DNA of 64,000 nt, from the NCBI GenBank assembly GCA_973895155.1, contig OZ316894.1, forward strand, positions 3,806,944-3,870,943, written 5' to 3'. Source of the stretch: Marsupella aquatica. Its lineage: Eukaryota > Plantae > Marchantiophyta. The notes below the pieces were generated by a model. The model made no database searches. It worked only from the letters and a program-made list of their open reading frames with translations, and had not been told where the DNA came from. A program made the position numbers and the translations under genes. Positions 24,570-36,900 of this stretch are shown here, piece after piece (positions within the stretch are counted from its first letter, which is position 1; each line of letters opens with the position of its first letter).

Positions 24570-27500
24570 ATGAGGCTGAAAAGGGACCTGAAGACTACTT
24601 TGAAGTGGTATGAGACTTTCAAGCCCATCTGAGGTCAACCCAGATTGTTATTAGAGAAGGAGGATCGACCCAGAACTTTTTACTATAAGCCGTGATGAGA
24701 TATAAAAGCTTACAATGCGACTCTACTGAACAACAGTTGTCCATTGCCAAAGTTTTTAAAACCATAAGTCAAACACAGGCACAACCACAGCAGAATCCAG
24801 ATATAAGGAAGGAGAGTCAATCCGGCCTCTCACACCTCTCAAAGCCAAACTTAGTAGGTTTTGAGCTCCCGAGCGCATTAGGCTGTTTAAGCAGTAGAGA
24901 GAGGAGGCTCTACCCTTTTGGTAGAGGATCTTGGATCTGAATTATAAGACCAATCTTGCATTGCATGATGAGAGCCTGGATATGAGGATACTGACTGATT
25001 CGTTGTGAGGGGAATGCCTACTCCACCGCTGGGAGTGAAGGTAGAAAGTTTGAGATCCTGATCGTGAACGAGTCGGTTGTGAGAAGGGAAGCCAGGTCGA
25101 CCCGGACGCTGCTACTGAAGGCCGGATTGAGTCTGACTTTCGCCACTGTTTGATGGACCTGCATCGTGAGTGAAGGAATCTTGATTGATTTGTGACGATT
25201 AGGTCGTCACCTGATCATAAAAGCTATAGCCAGGTCGACCCGGACATTTCTACCATTGGTCGACACCGAAGTGATTGAACATTCTGAAGTTGCAGAATTG
25301 TAGAGCTCGCCGTAGAGGAGGCAGACCATTTACTGGAAATCAATTTGTTGCTTCCAGCAATCCTATGGAGCAAGCTCGGGAGCAAGGGGCGGATCCAGCC
25401 GGAATGTCCACTTCTCGTGTTTCTAAGGGGCATTCAACCTCAACATCACCTGCACCCACTCCGATTAAAGCCCATGTGAGACGATCGAAGAGAAAGGAGG
25501 TCCCCATTGCCATGAAAATTTTGAGGCCAGCTATTCCGAACAATGAAGCTGAGAAGGTCAAATTGAGGGAGTCTTTGCTCAGGATGGGCTGTGAGTCTTT
25601 GATGGAGCTACCCTGGAGTTATCAAAGCAAAGATATGATCAGAGAGATCCAATCCAAGGAGTGTCCGGCTAAGTTTAAGGATACCTCCAGAGGCCGACCT
25701 GAGCGATGGACTCAGATGATGGTTGCAGGAGCTTTTGTATTAGAGGATGAAGGAGAAGGTCCAGTGGGGAGAGCTATCAATCTAATCCTTCCTTACTTCA
25801 AAGGAGCCATCAACAGTAAGGACGGGTTCAATATTTCTAAGTGTTTGGATCCTGATCTGAAACGAGTCTTCAGCTTCCTGCTACCCCTACTGTATCCTGA
25901 GAAGCCAAGAAGAGATATTGTTGGAGTTGGCTCTACCATTGTTGCTGCTTACAAGGGAGAAAGAAAAGTCAAGTGGGCTAAGCTTATCTTTGATCTGATA
26001 AGGAAGTTGGTACACAACCTGTCCAACAAGGGTCCTACTCCTCTCTCCTGCTACCTGGTACATTTATATAGCTTTGAAGGAGTCTTGTTTAGAGAGGAGA
26101 AGAAGTTACTATTGGCCAAGTTCAACTTCATAAAGTATGGAGAGGCAGATCCAGATATCACCTAGGCCACCTCTGATGACAGTGAGGATGAGGAACCAGC
26201 AAAGACAAATCCTTGAAAGACCCGGTCTGCTGCCCGGAACCTCGACCCGGACTTTGCCGACCCGGCCTTCGTCGACCCGGCTGAATTTCCGGATGCACCC
26301 GGCCATGCCTCCCAAGACACCCTAGCTGACTTCCAGATCATCTCAAACACATTCTAGAAGGTGAAGAGGAAGACCACTGTGATATATGGAGAAGATCATC
26401 ACTGACATTTCTCAGAAGTTAGGAGTGAAACCAGGGCAGATTCTTGAGAAGATCTCCACCATGAGTGATGCCACAGATAAGAGGAAGTTGGAGAAGGAGA
26501 ATGAGTTCCTCAAGAAGAAGGTATCTGAACTCAAACAGCAGTTGGAGAGGAGTAAGAAGAAGAATGAGCTTGAGCATACTCTCCAACTCAGTATCACTCA
26601 ATCTTTGGATCTGATTGAACTTTTGACTAAGATAGCTTCTGTGGATCTTCTTAAGGCCCGGATTTATGATGAGTATTTGGCCAAGAACATCACACCCATC
26701 CTTTTCTCCAAGATTAACCATTTAGTGGTAGATGTGAGTGCCAAGGTGGATGATGCACTTGCAGGCCTCTCAAAGACCTGTGAAGCCTTAAGGGAGATGA
26801 GTGACTTGACTACAGAGGAGCTATTAGCTGATACTGAGATTTCTCCCTTTACTACCACGTCTTTCTCTCCTAGTCCTCATGAAGGAGTCTATTCCACTGG
26901 CCCCTCATCACCCCTCAACCCTCCTGGTTTCCCCACTCCCAGTACACACTTCCACTCTCATTCTTACACTTATTCTCATGACCCAAGTGCTCACCAGGAG
27001 AACATGGATATTGACCCGTCCATCCCTTTTACCACTGGCCAGCAGGGAGTTTTCCTTCGACCAGAACCCCTTGCCATGGCTAACCCTGAGGAGGTTCCTT
27101 CCCAAAAGCTAGGACCAGAATAGAGTTATATTTAGAGAGTTGGAGCCACATTAGGTTGGACCTAGAAATAGCTATATAGGTTAGTATATGAATAAGTAGA
27201 CTCCGGTATTTTGTTTATGTAGTTATTGGAGACTCTACTCCATTTTTGACTAGGGTAGCTTACATTTGTTAACATATTCCTTTAGACTTGAGTTTTGAAA
27301 AGGGATGTCTTTTCATAATTCCCTCTTTTAGTATAAAAGGAGGAGAACTCGAAGTCAAAGAGGGAGAGAAAATATACATTTGATTTCCTCATTGTCTTTG
27401 AAGGAATCTATGCCTTTTCTTCCCTTCTTTTTACTATGGTTGAGTAAAAGGAAGAAGTTTAGCAACCCTTGAGTTGTTGTGAAGTGTTCAATGAATGCTA

Positions 27501-28081
27501 GAGTGTGCCTTAATGATATTGGAAGATCAATGAGGTTTGTGACCAATACATTTGGAAGATTCACCAAAGAGGAAATTGACATTTACACGAAACTCAAACA
27601 AGCAATCTTAAGGATTGTAGGAGAAGTAAGCCAATTCGAGTATCCGAGTACCGTCTTTAACAAGACCAGAAAAGTGTCCCGGGTTGATTTACATTCATGT
27701 CTTCTAAATTCAATAGATGGAGAAGAGTCGCTACGAGAAAATCAAAAAGCATAGAAAATGTTAATTTCTGAATCTTAAATTAGGCCATAATCCTTATTGA
27801 AGGAGTGGTGATGGTCAGAAATTCAATTCCCTTGCATTTGAAACCTCTTATCTACTCTCCCTCTAGTTTCAATCTTTGTTAATTCTAGTCTTTATTATTG
27901 CACTATGAATCCTAAGGATTACCCACTTGAGTTGTGGTTAAACGCTTATGTTAAGAAGATCATTAGAAATCTCTCCAACCTAGAGAATGTTGATGAAAAC
28001 TTCTCAAATTATGTTAATTTGGTCTTTTTGATCTCATCCACTCCTAACCGGAACGAAATTGAGTTGTTAAGGAGTAAATAG
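24570..28081 (+). mobile_element. Decayed accessory-ORF block of a large (probably Ty3/gypsy-type) retroelement
   Basis: Several intronless co-oriented ORFs with stops consistent with C-to-T changes; repeated GTCGACCCGG. No RT or integrase seen, so the class assignment is inferred. Confidence 0.6.
25365..27123 (+). pseudogene. Transposon-associated hypothetical protein (globular domain, acidic linker, coiled coil, S/P-rich tail), disrupted
   Basis: ORF 25275-26165 continues through TAG (26163), TGA (~26214) and TAG (~26355) and a frameshift near 26380 into ORF 26386-27123. The motifs GCESLMELPW, RGRPERWT, SKDGF and FLLPLLYPEKP resemble repetitive bryophyte hypothetical proteins (from memory, unverified). 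Confidence 0.7.
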
Positions 28082-29840
28082 TCATTTATCTCTTTATCAC
28101 CTTGCTACAGATTTTGTCCTGGATTTTTTGCATGTGAGTTGAGCTTGTATTCCTTTTTCTTGTGTTTGCAATGTTGGATCTTGTGCCCATGCTTGAATGT
28201 GGGTGGCAAGCAATGTATGTTGTGGAGTGATGTGTATGCGCACGACAATGTGCAAATTGGTCTTAGTCACCACTCTTTTCTACATTCAATGCAAATGGAG
28301 GCCTAAATGGCAACTTGGTTTGGCAACCCCTGCTCTTGCTAGAGCTGGCAAAAGGAAGCTTGGATCTGGCAGTCAATCTCTACATATTTTCCCGAAAAGG
28401 TACTGGTGGCAGCCTGGATGGTGGAGGCAACTACTTGATTTTTTCTCGAATTGATTGGCAGAACGGAGCTGGGAACGGAGCAACAGTGTCCGAGATGAGA
28501 CCATTGGAAATAATCACCTGTTCATTGAGGATGAAGCTTTTCTGACAAACCTATTCACCTACAGCAAAGCTAATCATCAACAGGGTCACCAACATCACAT
28601 AAAAGTAGGATAATGATGGTGGAAGTGTATCTATTCAACAATTGGAAGTTAGAACTAGTACAGCTAGCTAACACTTGTTTGTCTCAGCTTTTACTATATT
28701 AATCCAAATATTATCTGAACGTGCAGCCTGGTACTTTCTCCTGGACAGACACAATATTGTTCAGGTGGGAAACTTCAATATAATTTAGGGTAACTTAGGG
28801 TTTATAGCTGTTTGATTATGGTTCCTCCTAAGCAAGAGATGGACTAAAAGGTATCTCGTTTCCATGCCCAATCTATCAATCTCCCCCAGCTTGCACACTC
28901 CCTGCTATTCAGTTGCTAGGATGACTCACCAACTCCTTGCAGCATCCGGGCTGCCTCACCATCTCATTTATGCTTGATGGCACTTAATTTGGCTCAACAT
29001 CACTTGAGTACTATCAACAATACTATGCAATTCACAGGCATTGCAGAAATGGAAGCCGACATCGACCACCCTGTCTGCCAAAATGCTCCAATAGACGCTT
29101 GCAAACCAATGGACTGCAGTTTACGGGCATAGGACCTATTACAGAGATCAATGACATGTGGCAAGGTAACAAGATAGTCATCTTTGGAAATTTTAATTCA
29201 AGTCTCTCAATTCTGAATGAAATTGGACTATGTTAGGCTCATTGGAAGCTAAGATCTTTCCAAGCCATTTCTTACAAACCATGCAACCCCATGCATGGAC
29301 ACTGACACCTTTTAATTACATTCACTCATTGACACCCAGCCTTTTTGTTTCCAATAAACTTGCAATACCAAAGACGACCTTTCACTTATATCTCCCTTGA
29401 TATGTAGAGGAATCTGTTTTCTTGGCTATTCACTATAGGCAAGATTTTCCAAAGATCACTGTAAGTGCCTTCACTGAGCGTCCACATTGTTTTTGCTTAT
29501 TTTAACAGCATTTAGGAGCTGACTTTGACCTTTAGTATCTCCCTCGGTATCAAACAAGCTAAGTCCACATGAGCATCCATTTCCCAACTAGAATGTCTTG
29601 ATTCCAAAGTAGTCAGACTATATAATCACTATGTGAACCTACTCTTCAAGGCCTATGGTCTAGAGTGCCTCTACTATACTGTCTAGAGGCATAAGGAATT
29701 TGGGGTCAAGGTGAATCTATGAAAATGGTGTAGCGTGTAAGGAGGCATTGGAATCCAATTGAAAGCAATTTGGTCAGGTGGCAATGGGCCATAATATCCT
29801 CACCTCTATTTATGCTCAAAGAATGAGCACTCACACTAGG

Positions 29841-30232
29841 TTTTACTATTATAAAGTTTCTAAAACCCCCATAAAGTTTCTAACCCCCATAAAGTCAACT
29901 AGTTATACTAACTACATGGATTGACTCATTATGAAACTTCTCGACTGCTTTTAGGGACCTTTTTTTTTAACAAATTAAGGGGAAACTTGTGAAACCCCAC
30001 AGAAAGGGATCAGTCATGTCACAACTTTTGAACCCAAGACCTAGAAGTCACTACTCAATTGAGCTACCACACAACCATGCCTCTCTCAACACTTTTAGGG
30101 ACTTTTAATTCGCGTCCATTCTCATCTACTGTGGGGGACGGTATTTACTAGTAAAATTAGTCAAGAAATTTCATATTGAGTCAATCAATGTATTTAGTAA
30201 AGGTAGTTGAGAAGTCTCTTAATAGTAGAACT
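29841..30232. mobile_element. MITE/foldback-like element with long inverted arms, interrupted by a SINE
   Basis: 29906-29946 matches the reverse complement of 30159-30199 at 36/41; similarity extends to the TACTATTA/TAATAGTA ends. Confidence 0.65.
29959..30091 (-). mobile_element. tRNA-derived SINE
   Basis: 11-bp TSD CTTTTAGGGAC at 29948-29958 and 30092-30102. Minus strand has box A-like GGTAGCTCAATTGAG, box B-like GGGTTCAAAA and a poly(A) tail. Confidence 0.85.
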
Positions 30233-31249
30233 ACTCAGGTTCCAAATTTGATGTACTTTAACTTAGTAGTTAAGGTGAAGATTAGGGACAGAAAAAGTTA
30301 ATATGGACTACCAAATTCATGCTTTGGTAACTGTCTGTCATAAAGATTTGTCATATGCCATGACCATAAGTAAGTAAGACAGTGTAGAGGCCAGTGAAAC
30401 TAGTTACATATTAACCCTGTCAAAAAGTCTAAGCTGCCCTGGCCTGAGATTATCTGAACACTACCAAATTAAAAAATCACTAAGGGCATTAGTTAAGCAA
30501 GGGGGAAATTAATTAAGTCAAGTCCGTGCCTGTGTGTTCAAGCTCCAACAATAGCTATGGTGGCCGTGTCATCGCTCTGAACAAGAATGTGGCAGACAGG
30601 AGGAAAGACGAAGACACAACAAGGGCCACCCCAAGTATTCAAACTAGGCGCTTGTCATTTAGACAGTTCGAGCCAAAACTGGACACGGGAAATGGTAACA
30701 TCCCGCGACCAGAGTGTGCTGACCAGGCCGAGCAAGTGCCACACATAGTTTCAGCCGCAACCACCCAAAGCTAACTCGATCGGACAGCTGTAGCAGTGTC
30801 CCCAACACATATTTGAGACCCCCTATTAATGTACAGGGTAACGACAGTTTGGTCTGGGGTTACTAGCCTGTAACCCAGAAAGTGAGAAAGTTTTTCTGAG
30901 CTTGTGGGAACAGGTTTCAATCTAGAACTCCAGCCCAAACAATCATAATCATATGTAATACCCATTTGGAAAAAAGATTACCCCCTAAGACTTGGGCACA
31001 GGGTTATAGAAATGGTAGCAACCAGTAGAAAAAGGTTACACACAAGTAACCCTTACCTTTCCTGACAGGAATTAATTAGAAAGTTAAACCGCCCGGCCTG
31101 CAGATTTGCCCAGTTAAATAACCCAAAATCAAAAATAGTTTCAGACATTCGATTTGTGACAATCCTTAAAAGTAGGAAAACCAGTCTTTACGCCTCCGCT
31201 TCAATATGGGACCATAAGAATAATGTGGTTGATGGAAGATATCCAGGTA

Positions 31250-31385
31250 TTTGCTTGATCAACCCCCAAAATGAAAGTTGTTACTTGATAGACCCCCTGA
31301 GGTCTATCAACGGTCCATATCTGACATCAAAAGGTCCATCAACTGTCCAGATTGGAGAAAAGTATGAGGGGGTTGATTAAGCAAA
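31250..31385. repeat. 136-bp MITE-like unit with 18-bp terminal inverted repeats and an internal hairpin
   Basis: TTTGCTTGATCAACCCCC / GGGGGTTGATTAAGCAAA (17/18); perfect 10-bp stem TTGATAGACC/GGTCTATCAA at 31285-31310. Confidence 0.7.
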
Positions 31386-33945
31386 CTTTTTCCAGAAGAG
31401 GGTCTACTAAGCATATCTTTCTGAAGATATCCTTATATCCTTATACTGCAGTCTCGCTTTCCCTCCAAGCTCAATCAATCCCTGTGCAATTCTTCAGGAA
31501 TTGCACAAGAAGACCAGTAGGTGTGGAATCATAACAAACCTGAGAATGTACGCTTTCTCATCCCACATGAGTAGCTCTCATAGCTACTTTAAAAGCTATA
31601 GGTGGGCTGGTATGGTTCTCAACACCACCTCCATAGCCAGCCTCAAAATGCTAATTATCCTGACAGTGATCTAGCTTGAAGAAATGCAAATGTAGTGAAG
31701 CAGCTATGGTAGCAAGACTTGCAACAGCACTGCTGTCGTCTGGTGAAGCTCTCTCGCTTCCTGTCAAAAAACACAGATTGTAGAAGCCCGAAGTCCAGAC
31801 AGTTGCTCCGAAGAGAGGTAATCGAAAGGCAGAGTATCGAATTTCTCAGCTAGAAATCTCTGGTGAAGAAAATTGCACCGAACAGAGCTGATCAATAAGC
31901 CGACACCCCAGTTTCTCAGTCAGCAATCAATGACGTTCGAGCAAGTGAACAAGAGTCGAAAACCTGAGTTGATTCTTCAGAGTCCAAACATGCTCTGTGA
32001 TTGAGAACTGCAAAAAACTCTTGCTCGAGAATGAGAATGAAAATGAAAAGATGCGCAGAAGTTTCATTGAGACGTCGATTACAAGTAGATCTGAAAATCA
32101 CATCAATTTAACTGTGACAAAAGTCGGAGGTGGAAAGAAACTCATGCGAAGAACACTCGCTATAAGCCAAGTGGAAACGCGCTTCTTACAAAGGATAGCT
32201 GTCACATTGTGAACTAAGCCCTGAACTAAGCACTATACAGAAACTCGACATTGAGGGAACGACATGCTCGAATTTGGGCTCGAAATCAACTGATCCACTT
32301 CTCAATCAAGCCTTTGATTGAGAGGAAACTGAGCAGGAGCAAGAAAGTGCGACGAGAAACCTTTGATGGCAAGTCGGCACGCTGTCTGCCGTATCAAAAC
32401 TTCACAACATTAAGCCTTTGAAAGGAACAGTGCAATGTGGGCAGGTGGAAGGTGAGCCTAAGCCAAGAACGTCGGTGAACTGGTTTGGTAGCCACGCCTG
32501 AAATGACGGAGCGGAATTGAGCCATTATTAGAGTTCATTTTTCTTGCTACGTCAAAGAATTCCCATTGTCTGGGGCGTTTAAGGGATTTGCTTGTGGATG
32601 AGGAGGTTACTGCGATCTCCGATATTCGAGCTATGGACAATGCGGAGGCTAATGGAGTGCCGGAAGACGGGCCTGGACTTCGGTCCTCTGACTTCCGTGC
32701 CATTTGAAAACGTTGATTGAGTTTCCCCGGAAAGTTGGGTGTTCGGTACAAACCAACTTGGAATGGATAAGAAGGTAGCCGGGACCATGGAAGAACATTC
32801 AATTCTTGGCTGATTACTCTTTCTCATGGCAAAAGAAGGATAGTACTGCACTAGCCCACAGCAAATGGACCGAATCTGATCGCGATTCTTCCGTATTACC
32901 CTTGGCAGTCACGCATGTATGTACAAACCGTGATGACTGCTTTCTTTTGCGGATCGAGTGGAAATGATCTACCAGCCAATGTGCAAAGATGCGGACATGG
33001 TACTGTAAAGTAACATAGGCTGCTCAGGAGTGAAGCGATTGACTATCCTTGCGGACGTTAAGAGTCGCAAAGCAATGATCAATGGCCAGGTTGATTTGAG
33101 CTGTCGTAGTATGTCGGTGTCTCCGAGATTGTGCTTGTGAGTGCACTGTTCCGTGCTGCTGCATGATTGTCTGTGCTATCGTCGGGGCCATTATACAACC
33201 TCTGGCCGCCAATTCGACCTGACTGTTCGTGGCATAATTCATCTCCATTCCAAGCTGACAGATGCTGCCAAATTCTCAAGTCTAGCGTCCCCACATCTTT
33301 TGAGAGAGAGAGGGAGGTACTCTCGAGTCTACAGTTCCTCATGTCCTTTGAGAGAGCGAGAGTACAGCAGCTTTAGCGTGTGAACGATAGCCAGGCAGCC
33401 ATTCACCAGCACGTCATTGATGGAACCACGAAACTGAGAGGGGATAATTGGAATGATCAGATGATTCAGAGGGAAATTGACCGGTGGCATGGTTGATCGC
33501 TGCAGTATTGAGTGCAAAGGGTTAGGCAGCTCAAAAAGCTTGTCCAAGAGGTAGGATATACACTCTAAAGCATTTCTTGGACAATTATTACAGGCTCGCT
33601 TCCCATCCTGTAAAGTCTGTCCCTTGCCCCCTCTGATGGTTCCGTGAACTCGAAAGCCATATTATAATTCATTCGTTCATTCACTCTAGTTCTTGACACA
33701 CCAGTTCCAATTTGCAAATTGGATTGTCCTTGTCAATGCCTGAATTACCATACTTCTTTGTCATAGTTGCAAAACGAGCTGCAAATTGTCGGTCACTGTC
33801 GGTGTCTCCGAGGCTTCGATTTCGTAGCACGGAAATCTTTCCTCAAAGTGTAAGACCAGCGAGAGACGGCAGCATTCAAATTCAGAAACAGGATCGTACT
33901 ACATCCGACACAGAAGCTCATGTCCTGGATATAGGTGAAACACGA

Positions 33946-36900
33946 ATGATGACAGCAAATTCAGCCAAGAGACAATGGTTAGGACAGTCATCAGCATCTG
34001 TTGGTGGGATAGGATCACTCTGCTTCTTCACCATCATCGTCACCACTCTGCTGAGCTCGGCGATTCTGGTGAGCTGTGGCAGAAGCGTCAGATACGATCA
34101 TAGGGCGCTACTCATCGATGGGCAACGGCGTTTTCTCATCTCCGGTTCTATCCACTACCCCCGGAGCACGCCTCAGATGTGGCCCAGACTCCTCGCCCTC
34201 GCCAAGGCAGGAGGCCTGGACGCGATCGACAGCTACGTGTTCTGGAACGGCCATGAGCCAGTGAAGGGGCAGTACAACTTCCAAGGCCGCTATGACCTCG
34301 TCGGTTTCCTCCGAGAAGTACAGAAAGCGGACCTGCTGATGACATTACGGATCGGGCCATACATCGATGGTGAATGGAACTTCGGGGGTTTCCCCAACTG
34401 GTTGCTCCGGATACCAGGAATTGAATTTCGCACCGACAATGAGCCCTTCAAAGAGCAGATGGAACGGTTCGTCAGATTTCTCGTCACCATGCTACAGGAA
34501 AACAACATGTTCTACATTCAGGGGGGTCCGATCATTCTTGCGCAGATAGAGAATGAGTACAGTCATGTAGGCACATGGTATGGTGAGGCCGGGAAGAGAT
34601 ACAGTGACTGGGCTGCAAACATGGCACTAAGCCTCAACATCGGCGTACCTTGGATCATGTGCCAACAGCGTGAAGCCCCAGACGGTATCATCATCACCTG
34701 CAATGGATTCTACTGCGACCGCTTCCAACCCATAGCTTACAACCAACCGAAGCTGTACACCGAGCTTTATACAGGTTAGTTTCACTTCAGTGCTTCTTTA
34801 TTTCTTCCTTCGTTTCTCTTTGCTGATCATTTTAAAGACCAGCAAGAAGGCCAGAAACAGTAGAAAGGATGCCCTCACCAACACCGGATCTAAGGTATCT
34901 AAACAAAATATTTACATCGTAAAGCACTGGATTTGACATCAAGACACGGTTTACGAAATGCTCTTTGTTTCATCTAAAACGTGGATTGGTCTAGTTGACA
35001 CTTCTGTACCACTGTACCAGTACCTGGTTTAAGCAGTCACAAAGCACCCTGCATTATGATTGGCAAGACTTGTGACAAGTACTTCACCGTAGTTCGAGAT
35101 GTTGAGAATGAGCGAGCCCCTCAAGTGCCGGTTGCATGTTAGAAAAAGATCATAGTTCTTCTCGTTACTTCAATGAATGCTTTTCTTCGAAAGGGCCACG
35201 TAATGAAGACCATAAAACTGTTCAGTCTGAATCATTTCGGAGGCGTGCTGTTGTTCACGACATTCAAGGTTGGGCTCATTACTGGGGGCAGACTCTCGTT
35301 CGGCGGCCTTTGGAAGACGTAGCATTTGCAGCCGCCACATTCTTTCAGAGCGGAGGCAGTCTGATCAATTACTACATGTATCACGGAGGGACGAATTTCG
35401 GGCGCACTGCTGGGGCAGGCATCACGACCAGTTACGATTTCTTCGCTCCGATCGACGAGGGTGGCCAAGTGAGGCACCCGGAGTGGAGCCACTTGGCTCA
35501 ACTGAACTCGGCGATAAAACTTTGCGCACCAGCTATGGCAGCAGTCGATGATGCACCTTCAAATTGGATCCCTGGTAGATATCTGGAAATTTCTATCTAC
35601 AACTCCACAACCACCACCACCAATTATACAAGTGACGACGGGTCTTCTCCTTCTTTTTCCCATTGTGCGGCGTTCTTGATGAACAGGGATTGGGTCAATG
35701 ACGCGATTATGGAATTGCAAGGGCGGTTTTATCACGTCCCAGCTTGGTCAGTCAGCATTCTCCCCGACTGCAAGACGGTACTTTTATTCACTGCCCCCTT
35801 CGCTAATTATTTACAGGTACTCGTCTTCTTCGCTGAGTTCATCAATGTATCGAAAATAGAATTCATGAAAGAACCGATAATCAATCAATCTACCTAAGAC
35901 GCAGATGAATCAGGCCATGGGCCATGGGCAGTAAGTTCGGAGATCAGTATGCATACATTGGGCAAACGGGATTAAGCTATAGAAGACTGGAGACTTGACT
36001 GGAAGCTTCAATTACTATGCCTGTTCTATAAATCTGACAAACGTATTTATGTTCGTGGTCCTTTGATTGACGCCATTGAATGCGCTGAACTAAAGATGTG
36101 AATCATTCAATCTATTGATTAAAGAAAGTTGAATGAGGCTCTCGTCACCACAAAAATATTAACAATAACTTACAGAAGAGAAGCTCCACGTACGTGAGAC
36201 CATAGAGTGGGAGCTCCAACTTCCTGTGATAGTCCTGTCATCATCAAAAGGCTTCAAGCTAATTGATGTCGATGCCTCTCACTGTGTTGAACAAGCAGGT
36301 TCTCTTCAATACAGCAACTGTCATAGCTCAGACATCCACGAAAACGATGGTGCCATTAATTCAGCTAGACAAAAACCCAAGATTGGCAACGAGTACCCAC
36401 ACGGCACACAATGCTAGTCGACGTGGTAAGCAAATAGTACTTCAACATGAAACAAACTGTGAAATTGTGGAGGACGATGAAGGCGGAGGAGGCACTGAGG
36501 GTCTTCGATGGGAATGGTTCCAGGAGCCGATTGGGATATCACCACTTACGGAGAACATAATAGCAGCGAACAAACCATTGGAGGAATTCAGTGTAACACA
36601 GGACTCAACAGACTATCTCTGGTATTCAACCAAATTCAACATATCAAACAGTCAAAGCTCCTCTCAAGACTCTCCTCTTTGGCTAAACGTCAGAAAGACC
36701 CAGAAATATGGCCTGCTCCATGTGTTCATCAACGGCAACAAGGTTTCGGATGATCAACCTCCACTGGTCCTGAACTCCAGTGTACACCAATCGCAGCTCC
36801 AGTTCAATCCACTGCCAGGCACAAACACCATAGATCTACTCTCTGTGACTTTGGGCCATCCCAGCAGTGGGCCTTGGATTGAAAGGAAGACCGGGGGGAT

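Noticed and set aside
27296-27312. GAAAAGGGA-TGT as a PPT plus LTR start
   Set aside because: No matching LTR end or second copy found; the downstream sequence looks like further small ORFs.
33340-33372. GAGAGAGCGAGAGTACAGC resembling miR529
   Set aside because: Only ~9 bp of complementary arm nearby; no precursor hairpin.
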